A DNA stretch of 54,418 bases. Origin: Candidatus Aminicenantes bacterium. GTDB taxonomy: Bacteria; Acidobacteriota; Aminicenantia; UBA2199. The notes beneath the pieces are model-generated. The model worked only from the letters and a program-made list of their open reading frames with translations, was not told the DNA's origin and made no database searches. A program made the position numbers and the translations under genes. This document shows, in pieces, positions 27,909 through 36,109 of this stretch. How positions within the stretch are numbered: the first letter of the stretch is position 1; each line of letters begins with the position of its first letter. The stretch is taken from the NCBI GenBank assembly GCA_026393795.1, contig JAPKZL010000284.1, forward strand, positions 1 to 54,418, read 5' to 3'.

Positions 27909-28400
27909 CTAGAAGAAACCCACCACCAGCCCGACCAGGCCCGAGATCGCGTTCGTCCAGATGTCGTTGCTGTCAACCACCCGGTTGTGGAAAAAAACCT
28001 GCAGCAGCTCAAAGGCGAAGGCGGCGACGAAAAGGATGATGAGCGGCATGGGGGAAGATCCCTTTTTATTCTCCCGGCTCAGCAACATGCCCAGGATAAA
28101 GAATTCGGCGATGTGCAGGAAATTGGCGAAAAAGACCTTGTTCAGGAATATTCTTCTCTGAAAAAGAAAATAGAAGATGATGGCTGCGGCTAGGAGCACG
28201 GCGCTGATGTCCAGGGTTTTCCCGGTCTTGAGCGCCTTGAAGAGGGCCAGGGCAAAAAAAGCCGCCAGGATTCCCAGCAGGACATAATTGATGAAGTTGA
28301 AGCTCCTGATACTGACCAGCAGGTTTTTGAGCTGAACATGGAAGGGCAGCGTCACCAGCAGAGCCAGGATGTAAAGCAAGGAAAACTTGAACTTTTTCAA
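27909..28400 (-). CDS. VanZ-like membrane protein
   Basis: Four to five TM helices and an E..Q.F...R..D..D...N C-terminal pattern. Overlaps the recA stop by 4 nt. Confidence 0.6.
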   Translation of the reverse strand: MKKFKFSLLYILALLVTLPFHVQLKNLLVSIRSFNFINYVLLGILAAFFALALFKALKTGKTLDISAVLLAAAIIFYFLFQRRIFLNKVFFANFLHIAEFFILGMLLSRENKKGSSPMPLIILFVAAFAFELLQVFFHNRVVDSNDIWTNAISGLVGLVVGFF

Positions 28401-29413
28401 CCCGGTTCCTTTTCGGCGCTGGGCGCGGTTGTCTTTTCAATGACCTTGGCTTTGATTTCCTCGAACAGGGTCGGATTTTCCTCAAACAGCTTGCGCACCG
28501 CTTCCTTGCCCTGGCCCAGACGGTTCTCGTTGTAGGAATACCAGGCCCCGGTCTTGCTTATTATTTCATAAAGAACTCCCAGCTCGATGATGTCGCTCTC
28601 CTTGGAAAAACCCCTGCCGTAATAGAGGTCGGTTTCCACCTCCTTGAAAGGCGGGGCCATTTTATTCTTGACAATCTTGATTCTTACCCGGTTGCCGACG
28701 ACATCGGTTCCTTCCTTGATGGCCATGGTTCTTTTGATCTCAATGCGCATGGAGGCGTAGAATTTCAGCGCCCGGCCGCCGGTGGTGACTTCGGGATTGC
28801 CGACGAACATGCCGATCTTTTCGCGCAGCTGGTTGATAAAAACGAAGGTGGTTTTCGAGCGGGCGACGATGGCGGTCAGTTTCCTCAGCGCCTGGCTCAT
28901 CAGCCTGGCCTGGAGTCCCATGTGGCTGTCGCCCATGTCTCCTTCCAATTCGGCTTTGGGCACCAGGGCGGCCACGCTGTCCACAACAATAATGTCGACG
29001 CCTCCCGAACGGACCAGAATCTCGGCGATCTCCAGCGCCTGTTCGCCCCAATCGGGCTGGGCAATGTACAGTTCGTCGATATTTACCCCAAGTTTCTGGG
29101 CGTACAGGGGGTCGAGGGCATGCTCGGCGTCGATGAATGCGGCGTAGCCTCCCGCTTTTTGGGCCTCGGCGATGGCGTGCAGGGCCAGCGTGGTTTTTCC
29201 CGATCCTTCCGGTCCGTAGACCTCGATGACCCGGCCGCGCGGATAGCCGCCGATGCCGGTGATGATGTCCAGGGCGATGCAGCCGGAGGAGATGGCGGGG
29301 ATCTGCACCACTTCTTTTCCTCCCAGTTTCATGATCGAGCCCTTGCCGAATTGCTTTTCGATCTGCGATACGGCATTGTTCAGGGCGGTTGTCTTGTTGG
29401 TGTTTTCAGCCAT
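28397..29413 (-). CDS. recA: recombinase RecA
   Basis: [12 protein letters not shown] Walker A and an [10 protein letters not shown] body. AAGGAGG SD. Confidence 0.97.
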   Translation of the reverse strand: MAENTNKTTALNNAVSQIEKQFGKGSIMKLGGKEVVQIPAISSGCIALDIITGIGGYPRGRVIEVYGPEGSGKTTLALHAIAEAQKAGGYAAFIDAEHALDPLYAQKLGVNIDELYIAQPDWGEQALEIAEILVRSGGVDIIVVDSVAALVPKAELEGDMGDSHMGLQARLMSQALRKLTAIVARSKTTFVFINQLREKIGMFVGNPEVTTGGRALKFYASMRIEIKRTMAIKEGTDVVGNRVRIKIVKNKMAPPFKEVETDLYYGRGFSKESDIIELGVLYEIISKTGAWYSYNENRLGQGKEAVRKLFEENPTLFEEIKAKVIEKTTAPSAEKEPG

Positions 29414-29480
29414 GGAATCCTCCTTGCTGGCGATGGTTTATTGTATCAGGAATGGTCGGTAATTAAAAGTGCTTGCGTGT

Positions 29481-29508
29481 GTAGGGAACGCAAATTTGCG
29501 TTCCCTAC
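29481..29508. promoter_or_regulatory. perfect 28-bp palindrome 68-95 nt upstream of recA (candidate operator or vapBC terminator)
   Basis: GTAGGGAACGCAAA|TTTGCGTTCCCTAC. It contains GAAC...GTTC half-sites spaced by 10 nt. Confidence 0.4.
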
Positions 29509-29529
29509 GAATGAAATTCCCGGTCATTT

Positions 29530-29907
29530 TCATAATGATAAAAGGGTTATTTTTAGCCCTTTTTTCGCGAACAATTTGAAATGGTGGTCCATGGTGAGGA
29601 TCTCCGCGCAGCCGGCGTTGACGAAGGAGCTGATGATGAACGCGTCAAATGCGGGCATGCCGGTCGTTTGCGCCACTTGGCCCGCCTGCAAGGCGGCAGC
29701 AGTGGTTATGGGCACGACTTCTACGGCTTTGGCGATATCTTCCAGAACGGTGGGCCAGGTTTTTAAATCGCCTTTTAGCAGTCTTTTTTTAAGTTCATAA
29801 AAGCAAAGAACCGAAGTAAGGAGTTCACGGTTCTCCCAAGCCTCCACCGCGGCCGAATGGCCGGCGGCCAGGGCATAGAAATAACTGGTGTCAATCCCGG
29901 TCAGCAT
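29530..29907 (-). CDS. vapC: PIN-domain toxin VapC
   Basis: MLTGIDTSYF (N-terminal Asp), FDAFIISS, ILTMDHHF. Confidence 0.8.
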   Translation of the reverse strand: MLTGIDTSYFYALAAGHSAAVEAWENRELLTSVLCFYELKKRLLKGDLKTWPTVLEDIAKAVEVVPITTAAALQAGQVAQTTGMPAFDAFIISSFVNAGCAEILTMDHHFKLFAKKGLKITLLSL

Positions 29908-30130
29908 CGGCTTTCGTCCTTTCGCGATGGAGCGTTTCCCAGTCTGCGGGCGCGATGGCCTGGCGGATGTGCGCCATGATCCGCTTCCTGGCATCGGTCA
30001 TTTCGTTGCTCCTGAGGTATTCCTCCACGGCGCGGCTGATGATCCGCGAGACGGGGATGTCCCCGGAGCTGGCCCTGGCGCGCACCGCCTCCAGGACTTC
30101 TTTCTTCAGGTAAAAGCTCACTGCCGGCAT
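29891..30130 (-). CDS. vapB: ribbon-helix-helix (CopG-like) antitoxin VapB
   Basis: MPAVSFYLKKEVLEAVRA beta-strand start. 17-nt overlap with vapC. GGAG SD. Confidence 0.7.
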   Translation of the reverse strand: MPAVSFYLKKEVLEAVRARASSGDIPVSRIISRAVEEYLRSNEMTDARKRIMAHIRQAIAPADWETLHRERTKADADRD

Positions 30131-30146
30131 TTTTTTCTCCACTAAT

Positions 30147-30175
30147 ATAATATCATAATATGATATGATTTTCAA
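30147..30175 (-). promoter_or_regulatory. vapBC promoter TTGAAA-17-TATTAT with embedded 8-1-8 palindromic operator
   Basis: -35 at 30170-30175, -10 at 30147-30152. The perfect inverted repeat ATATCATA-A-TATGATAT lies at 30150-30166. Confidence 0.55.
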
Positions 30176-30206
30176 CAAAAAAATGCGCATGTTAAATAAA
30201 GTACTT

Positions 30207-30466
30207 GGTTGACGGTAGACGGTGTACGGTTGACGGAAAGAAAAAGGAGTTATGCGAAATTCCAAACTCCAAATACCAAATCCCAAATAAGCACCAAGCA
30301 CCAATGACCAAAATCGTATGCAATTGAAAGAGGTTTTTTGTGAATTTCGAAAAGGTGATTTCGTTTGGATCATTGGAATTTGGAGCTTGGAATTTGTTTG
30401 GAAATTGGTGCTTGGGATTTCGTGCTTATTTCCTCACCGTAAACCGTTTGCCGTGTACCGTAAACC
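30207..30466. repeat. 260-bp imperfect palindromic element built from phased heptamer repeats
   Basis: Left arm: 4x nnnACGG (30209-30236), then 4x nnCCAAA plus GCACCAA units (30260-30313). Right arm mirrors it: TTTGG/TTGG heptamers (30364-30420) and 4x CCGTnnn (30437-30464). The ACGG and CCGT blocks are exactly symmetric about 30336/30337. Confidence 0.75.
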
Positions 30467-30469
30467 TAG

Positions 30470-30955
30470 CTACTTTCCCAGGTATTCGATCTTGTCAAAC
30501 TCCTCGTCCTGTTTGTGATAGGTCTCGATCAATTCCTTCAGCGAGTTCAGCAAATGGATGATGTCGTTTTCGATCTCCTTCCTTTTAAACTGGAGGCTGT
30601 TGATCTCTTCCTTGATGGCCATTTGCCTGGTGAAGGCGTGCTTGACGATCTCTTCCGATTTCATCTCGGCGTCCTTGATGATCAGTTCGGCCTCTTTATG
30701 GGAGTTGATCTTGATCTCGCTGGAGAATTTCTGGGCGGCGATCAGGGTGTCGCGCAGGAGCTCCTCTTTTTTTTCGATCTTGGCCAGGCTTTCGCGCAGC
30801 TTCTCCATTTTCGTTTTCAGGGCTTCCTTTTCCTGGATTTCGCTCTCCATGGTTTCCACGATCTGCTGCAAAAAGTTCTTGACCTCGTCGGGATTGTAGC
30901 CCTTGAATTTTTTTGAAAAAACCTGGTTCAGAATTTCCTGGGGCGTTAATTTCAT
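30470..30955 (-). CDS. DivIVA-domain protein
   Basis: MKLTPQEILNQVFSKKFKGYNPDEVKNFL followed by a coiled coil. Confidence 0.85.
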   Translation of the reverse strand: MKLTPQEILNQVFSKKFKGYNPDEVKNFLQQIVETMESEIQEKEALKTKMEKLRESLAKIEKKEELLRDTLIAAQKFSSEIKINSHKEAELIIKDAEMKSEEIVKHAFTRQMAIKEEINSLQFKRKEIENDIIHLLNSLKELIETYHKQDEEFDKIEYLGK

Positions 30956-30992
30956 GACTCCTCCTTGTCCGCGCTGGCCCGGGTTCCGTTTT

Positions 30993-31676
30993 TCATCCGT
31001 TGCGCTTGCCGAACAGCGCCGTGCCGATGCGGACGATGGTCGCTCCCTCTTCGACGGCCACTTCGTAGTCGTGGCTCATGCCCATGGAGAGGTGCGAAAT
31101 TTTGAGATTGGCAATGGCCATCTGGTTGATCTCATCTTTCAATTCGCGCAGCCGCGAAAAATAAGGCCTGACCTTTTCCGTATCCTCGAAATAGGGGGGG
31201 ACGGCCATCAGGCCGGTGATGACCGTTTTGTTCAGGTTGGCGAGATAGGACAGCGCTTTTTTCAGCCCGTCGATGGTGAAACCCGATTTGTTTTTTTCTT
31301 CAGCGATATTGATCTCGATGAACAGCTCGACCGGCGTGTCGACCCGTTTGTGAATGTGTTCCAGCGACTTCACGCCGTCGACCGATTCGATCAGCTGAAA
31401 GGCAGTAAGTAGTTTGTTGATCTTGTTTTTCTGCAGCTTGCCGATGAAGTGCCAGACGATAGCGCTGTCGGCAAGCTGGCGCATGTGGTGTTCGGCTTCC
31501 TGAACTTTGTTTTCCCCCAGGAGACGGACACCCAGGTCGCAGACCTGCCTGATCCGAGTCACGCCCTGGTCCTTGCAAACGGCCACGATCTGGACTTGAC
31601 CGGGGTCCCTTTTTACCCGCAGGCAGGCTTTTTCGATGTTTTGCCTGATCCGTTCAAGGTTTTCCTTGATGGCCAT
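30993..31676 (-). CDS. yggS: YggS-family pyridoxal-phosphate homeostasis protein
   Basis: VAVCK (PLP Lys), LGENKVQE, WHFIGKLQKNK, SMGMSHDYE. Confidence 0.9.
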   Translation of the reverse strand: MAIKENLERIRQNIEKACLRVKRDPGQVQIVAVCKDQGVTRIRQVCDLGVRLLGENKVQEAEHHMRQLADSAIVWHFIGKLQKNKINKLLTAFQLIESVDGVKSLEHIHKRVDTPVELFIEINIAEEKNKSGFTIDGLKKALSYLANLNKTVITGLMAVPPYFEDTEKVRPYFSRLRELKDEINQMAIANLKISHLSMGMSHDYEVAVEEGATIVRIGTALFGKRNG

Positions 31677-31965
31677 TGCTTTCGTTTAACCCCTTTCTGT
31701 TCAAATGGGCCTTGTACAATCCCCAGACATAAACCAACGCGCTGATGGCCATGCCATGGGCGCCGACGTATTTGGACCAAAAAAGAAAAATGAAGAGGCA
31801 CAACAGGAAGGCGATGATGGCGGCCCCCTGCATACCGTGGCCCTTGCGCGGATTTTTCAGGATATGGGAATGAGTCTCATCGACGGCTCCGGCGCAGTGC
31901 AGGCAGATCTTGTATCCCGGGTCGAATTCCTGGACATGGCCGCAGGCGGGGCATTGGACGTTCAT
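31654..31965 (-). CDS. small zinc-ribbon membrane protein, unknown function
   Basis: CPACG...CLHC followed by two TM helices. Overlaps the yggS start by 23 nt. Confidence 0.45.
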   Translation of the reverse strand: MNVQCPACGHVQEFDPGYKICLHCAGAVDETHSHILKNPRKGHGMQGAAIIAFLLCLFIFLFWSKYVGAHGMAISALVYVWGLYKAHLNRKGLNESNGHQGKP

Positions 31966-32005
31966 GGCCGTTTCATCCCCGTGCCTGGCAGGGCCAAATT
32001 TAATT

Positions 32006-34525
32006 TCATTCGCTGCTCAAGGCCAAGCGGAAGCCGATGATATTGAGCCGGCTCTCGGGGTTCTCCTGGCTGCGGTTGCCCGAGCGGATCTGCTCGGCGC
32101 CGTTGCTCCAGGCGCCGCCGCGCACCACCCGCTCCGTCCCCTCCTCCGGACCCTGGGGGTCGCTGTCGGCCGAGTTCGCGTAATAATCGTCGGCATACCA
32201 GTCGGCCAGCCACTCCCAGACGTTGCCGGCCATGTCCAGCACCCCGTAGGGCGATGCGCCTAACGGGTATGAACCCACGGAGCTGGTTTTCATGAGCTCC
32301 TTGTCGAAATTGGCCAGCTTGTTTGTCGGTTTGGCGTCCCCCCAGGGGTAGAGGTCGCGGGCCGCTTTTTCCCACTCGGCCTCGGTCGGCAGGCGGAAGG
32401 CGAGCCCAGTCTTTTTCCTCAGCCAGGCGCAGAAATCGCTGGCCTCTTTCCAGGAAACGTAGATTGCCGGCCGCTCGGTGCGGCCCCAGCCCTCGTCGTC
32501 GGGCTTGGCCAGTCCCGTTTCCTGGCAAAACGCGTCGAACTGGGTAAAAGTGACCTCGGTCTTGCCGAGCCAGAAACCCGAAACGAAGACCTTGTGGGCC
32601 GGGTGTTCGTCGGCATCGCCGCTCTTGGCCGGCGAACCGATGGTGAATTCTCCCTCCGGGATGTAGATCATGACGATGTTCCTGGGAAACACCGCTTCCC
32701 AGGAGCCCTTGTCGTTCTGGCGGATCTTGTCGGCCTTGCCCTTGACTTTTAGCAGGAAAGGTTCATTTATTTTTGCCTCCTGGCTGGTGCTCGGCTGAGT
32801 CGCCGCCGGCTTGGCCACTTCGCGTGCCGGTTTGCCGGTGGTTGTTTTTTCGGTTTTGGCCCCGGCCGCTTCCGTTCCGCCGTTCAAGGCCAGGCGGAAG
32901 CCGATGATATTGAGCCGGCTCTCGGGGTTCTCCTGGCTGCGGTTGCCCGAGCGGATCAGGTCGGCGCCGTTGCTCCAGGCGCCGCCGCGCACGACTCGCT
33001 CCGTCCCCTCCTCCGGACCCTGGGGGTCGCTGTCGGCCGAGTTCGCGTAATAATCGGCGTCATACCAGTCGGCCAACCACTCCCAGACGTTGCCGGCCAT
33101 GTCCAGCACCCCGTAGGGCGATGCGCCTAACGGGTAGGATCCCACGGAGCTGGTTTTCATGAGCTCCTTGTCGAAATTGGCCAATTCGCTTGTCGGTTTT
33201 GCGTCCCCCCAGGGGAAGCGGTCGCTGGCCGCTTTTTCCCACTCGGCTTCTGTCGGCAGGCGGAAGGCGAGCCCAGTCTTTTTCCTCAGCCAGGCGCAAA
33301 AATCATTGGCTTCTTTCCAGGAAACGTAGATCACCGGGCGTTCTCTGCGGCCCCAGCCCTCGTCGTCGGGCTTGGCCAGTCCCGTTTCCTGGCAAAAAGC
33401 GTCGAACTGGGCAAAGGTGACCTCGGTCTTGCCGATCCAATAACCCGAAACAAAGACCTTGTGGACCGGGTGCTCGTCGGCGTCGCCGTCTTTGTCTGGC
33501 GAACCGATGGAGAATTTTCCCTCCGGGATGTAGATCATGACGATGTTCCGGGAAAACACCGCTTCCCAGTAGCCCTTGTCGTTCTGGCGGATCTTGTCGG
33601 CTTTGCCGGCAATTTTCTGCAGGAAAGGTTCGCTGTACTTGACCGTCGGCGTGCCGGTCTTGGCCACGGCCGGCTTGGTCTCGGCCGGTTTTGTTTCGGC
33701 TGGCGTCTGTTTGTCCGTTTCGGTCCGGCCCAGCATAGCATCGAGCTGTTTGCGCACATCCTTCAATTCCTTGCTTTTTTCCACCAGCAGCGCATCGATC
33801 TCCTGGGGATATTTTTCGGCCATGGGCGTCAGCCGGCTCTGGATTTCAGCGCTGCCTTCGGGATAGACGCGCAAACCTTCCACCAGGTAAAGGAAAGCGA
33901 ATTTCACATCGTCTTTTTCATAATTGGCATCGGCTTTTTCGAGATAGTCGTTGAATTTCCCTTTTCGCTCACTCAGGTCGATCTGCATCTGCATTTCGTT
34001 GCATTTTTCTTTGGCTATCAGGTTGCCGGGCGCGAGGGCCAAGGCTTTCTGATAGTGCTGCAGAGCGATCTTGGCATTTCCCTCCTCAGCTTCGCGGTCA
34101 CCCTGCTCCAGATACCAGTCGGCATTTTCCGCCGGCTTTTCCGGAATGTTGATTTCGGTTTTGGGTTCTGTTTTGGATTCGGCTTTGAGTTCGGCTTTCG
34201 TATCGACCGGCAGCAGGTCCTGATCAAAAACGACATAGCGGGCGTCTTCGGGATTCAACCCCTTGCCGATTTCGATCAGCACCTCGGCGGTCCGGGGCGA
34301 TGCTTTTTTTACGGTGAAGATGCCTATGTTAATGGTGTATTCCCCGCTGGGTTCCTTGTAGACGGCTTTGACGATCCCCTTCATCCCGGTCGCTACTCCA
34401 TCCGACGTGCCGCGATCGATGGTCAGCAGCAGGTCTTTATGGGCGATGACGTTGGCGATGGTGCCGGCCGGCAAAAGCGAAGATGCAAAAAACAGCGCAA
34501 AAAAAATGAGGGCTAATTTTTTCAT
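32006..34525 (-). CDS. secreted protein with TPR-like region and two tandem FGE-sulfatase (SUMF1/EgtB-type) domains
   Basis: Signal peptide MKKLALIFFALFFASS and a YQKALALAPGN TPR-like stretch. RLPTEAEWEKAA...MAGNVWEWLADWY...RVVRGGAW occurs twice. Confidence 0.8.
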   Translation of the reverse strand: MKKLALIFFALFFASSLLPAGTIANVIAHKDLLLTIDRGTSDGVATGMKGIVKAVYKEPSGEYTINIGIFTVKKASPRTAEVLIEIGKGLNPEDARYVVFDQDLLPVDTKAELKAESKTEPKTEINIPEKPAENADWYLEQGDREAEEGNAKIALQHYQKALALAPGNLIAKEKCNEMQMQIDLSERKGKFNDYLEKADANYEKDDVKFAFLYLVEGLRVYPEGSAEIQSRLTPMAEKYPQEIDALLVEKSKELKDVRKQLDAMLGRTETDKQTPAETKPAETKPAVAKTGTPTVKYSEPFLQKIAGKADKIRQNDKGYWEAVFSRNIVMIYIPEGKFSIGSPDKDGDADEHPVHKVFVSGYWIGKTEVTFAQFDAFCQETGLAKPDDEGWGRRERPVIYVSWKEANDFCAWLRKKTGLAFRLPTEAEWEKAASDRFPWGDAKPTSELANFDKELMKTSSVGSYPLGASPYGVLDMAGNVWEWLADWYDADYYANSADSDPQGPEEGTERVVRGGAWSNGADLIRSGNRSQENPESRLNIIGFRLALNGGTEAAGAKTEKTTTGKPAREVAKPAATQPSTSQEAKINEPFLLKVKGKADKIRQNDKGSWEAVFPRNIVMIYIPEGEFTIGSPAKSGDADEHPAHKVFVSGFWLGKTEVTFTQFDAFCQETGLAKPDDEGWGRTERPAIYVSWKEASDFCAWLRKKTGLAFRLPTEAEWEKAARDLYPWGDAKPTNKLANFDKELMKTSSVGSYPLGASPYGVLDMAGNVWEWLADWYADDYYANSADSDPQGPEEGTERVVRGGAWSNGAEQIRSGNRSQENPESRLNIIGFRLALSSE
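32017..32764. repeat. tandem duplication unit 1 (748 nt) inside the FGE-domain gene
   Basis: Aligns without gaps to 32884-33631 (period 867 nt). My hand count gives roughly 60 mismatches. Confidence 0.9.
32884..33631. repeat. tandem duplication unit 2 (748 nt) inside the FGE-domain gene
   Basis: See unit 1. The ~119-nt linker between units is not duplicated. Confidence 0.9.
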
Positions 34526-34640
34526 TGCACACTCCTCTATGTCACTCATTCAAGCATATTTCATTTTTTTTTGCAATAGAATCCCCCTCTGGGAATTCAT
34601 TTGCCGATGCGGTTGAAATGGCCTTGCGGCCAAGCTAATT

Positions 34641-34916
34641 TTATTTCTTGATTTTGTCTTTCAGCGCCTTTCCAGCGACGAATTTTGGCACCCGGGCAGC
34701 CTTGATCTGAATCTTCTGGCCGGTTTTGGGATTCACTCCGGCCCGAGCCTTGCGATCGGCCACTTTGAATGTGCCGAAACCGACCAGCGTGACCGAGCCT
34801 TTTTTCTTGAGCTCGGCCGTGATGGCCGCGATGGTGCCATTGATGGCTTTTTCCATGTCTGACACTTTCAGATTGGCTTTGCCGGCAACGGCTTTGATCA
34901 GTTCATTTTTGTTCAT
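34641..34916 (-). CDS. hup: DNA-binding protein HU
   Basis: MNKNELIKAVA...GFGTFKVADRKARAGVNPKTGQKIQI. AAGGAGAG SD. The track ORF start at 35153 is rejected. Confidence 0.9.
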   Translation of the reverse strand: MNKNELIKAVAGKANLKVSDMEKAINGTIAAITAELKKKGSVTLVGFGTFKVADRKARAGVNPKTGQKIQIKAARVPKFVAGKALKDKIKK

Positions 34917-34968
34917 GGGATAACTCTCCTTGAATTGAATTGTAAAAAATAAAAAAATAAAAATCAAG

Positions 34969-34997
34969 TTGCATAAAAAAAACTTCGATTGTATGAT
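34969..34997 (+). promoter_or_regulatory. sigma70-like promoter TTGCAT-17-TATGAT, 6 nt before the ATG at 35004 (leaderless)
   Basis: -35 at 34969-34974, -10 at 34992-34997. Confidence 0.55.
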
Positions 34998-35003
34998 GGG
35001 CCC

Positions 35004-35522
35004 ATGGTCAACCGGCCGGAGAAGGAAGCGTATTACTTGAACATCGCCGAAGTGGTTTCCCAGCGCTCCACCTGCCTCAAGGTGCTCATCGGCGCCATCA
35101 TCGTCAAGGGAGACCAGATCATCGCCACCGGCTATGTCGGCGCGCCGCGGCATACGCGCAGTTCACTCGAGCACGGTTTCTGCTTGCGCCAAAAACTGCA
35201 TATTCCTTCGGGCACGCAGTACGAGTTGTGCCGTTCGGTTCATGCCGAGCAGAACGCGATCATCAACTCCGCCCGGGCCGGGGTCAGCCTGTTTGGCGGC
35301 GACATGTACATTTTCGGCAGCGGACGCGACCAGGGTGAGGTCGTCTTTGCTTTTCCCTGTTTCATCTGCAAGAAAATGATCATCAACGCCGGTTTGGACC
35401 GCGTGATCGTTTCGCTGCCCGGGAAGGAGCGCTTTAAGATTTTCAGGGTTGACGACTGGGTCAAGGAGTGGCAGGAGCAGGATATCCTTGAAGACAGCGT
35501 CCGCTACGGGCAGTCGGGATGA
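35004..35522 (+). CDS. dCMP deaminase (ComEB family)
   Basis: HAEQNAI and PCFICKKMIINAG zinc motifs. Start moved from the TTG at 34989 to the ATG at 35004 because of the promoter geometry. Confidence 0.85.
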   Translation: MVNRPEKEAYYLNIAEVVSQRSTCLKVLIGAIIVKGDQIIATGYVGAPRHTRSSLEHGFCLRQKLHIPSGTQYELCRSVHAEQNAIINSARAGVSLFGGDMYIFGSGRDQGEVVFAFPCFICKKMIINAGLDRVIVSLPGKERFKIFRVDDWVKEWQEQDILEDSVRYGQSG

Positions 35523-36109
35523 AAGCGACGGCGGGGCCGGGGTGGCGCATCGGGCTGACCGGGCGCATGGCTTCGGGCAAGGGGGAAGCGGTCCGTATCT
35601 TGAAGGACTATGGTTTCCAGTACATCTCCCTTTCCGATATCGTCCGCCGCGAGGCGGCCAAGCTCGGCCCCGCCCTCAACCGCGGCCAGATGCAGGATCT
35701 CGGCAACCGCCTGCGCCGGGACGGTGGCGCCGGCATCCTGGGGAAAATGGTGCGCGAGCACATCGAGGCCGCCCAGCCGTCGCCCTGGGTGATTGACGGT
35801 ATCCGCAATCCGACCGAAGTGGCGGAGTTGAAAAAGATGGACCGCTTCTTCCTGGTCGGCATCGACAGCGCCGTGGAGACGATCCTGGCCAGGATGAAGC
35901 GGCGCAAACGCGCGACCGACGCGGTCGGCGAAGCGGAGCTGCGGGCGGCTCTGGCGCGCGAGTGGGGCGTCGGCGAGCCCGCAGGCGGGCAGCAGGTCGG
36001 GCCGACGATGGCCCTGGCCGATTTCACCATCGCCAACGAGGGTCCTTTGCCGGAACTCAAGATTGCGCTGGACGCGGTTTTGAGACAAATTGGAGTCGGG
36101 CATGTCTAA
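35519..36109 (+). CDS. P-loop nucleotide kinase-like protein (dephospho-CoA kinase / dNMP kinase-like)
   Basis: IGLTGRMASGKGE P-loop. ATGA overlap with the deaminase gene. Specific function not assignable. Confidence 0.5.
   Translation: MKATAGPGWRIGLTGRMASGKGEAVRILKDYGFQYISLSDIVRREAAKLGPALNRGQMQDLGNRLRRDGGAGILGKMVREHIEAAQPSPWVIDGIRNPTEVAELKKMDRFFLVGIDSAVETILARMKRRKRATDAVGEAELRAALAREWGVGEPAGGQQVGPTMALADFTIANEGPLPELKIALDAVLRQIGVGHV

Noticed and set aside
29908-30373. Extended starts for vapC (29994) and vapB (30373).
   Set aside because: The extensions are Arg/Pro/Ser-rich or translate the heptamer-repeat element (GIWSLEFRITPFSFRQPYTVYRQP). The family-typical starts MLTGID and MPAVSFYL each have appropriate upstream signals.
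30207-30466. A CRISPR array or coding tandem repeat at the heptamer-repeat region.
   Set aside because: The repeat unit is 7 nt with no spacers, and the two arms are inverted rather than direct. There are no cas genes in the window. The overlapping ORFs are artefacts of the repeats.
34917-35153. A 170-aa version of the hup ORF (34641..35153).
   Set aside because: The extra 79 codons are antisense to the dCMP deaminase gene and its promoter. The HU start MNKNELI has an AAGGAGAG SD.
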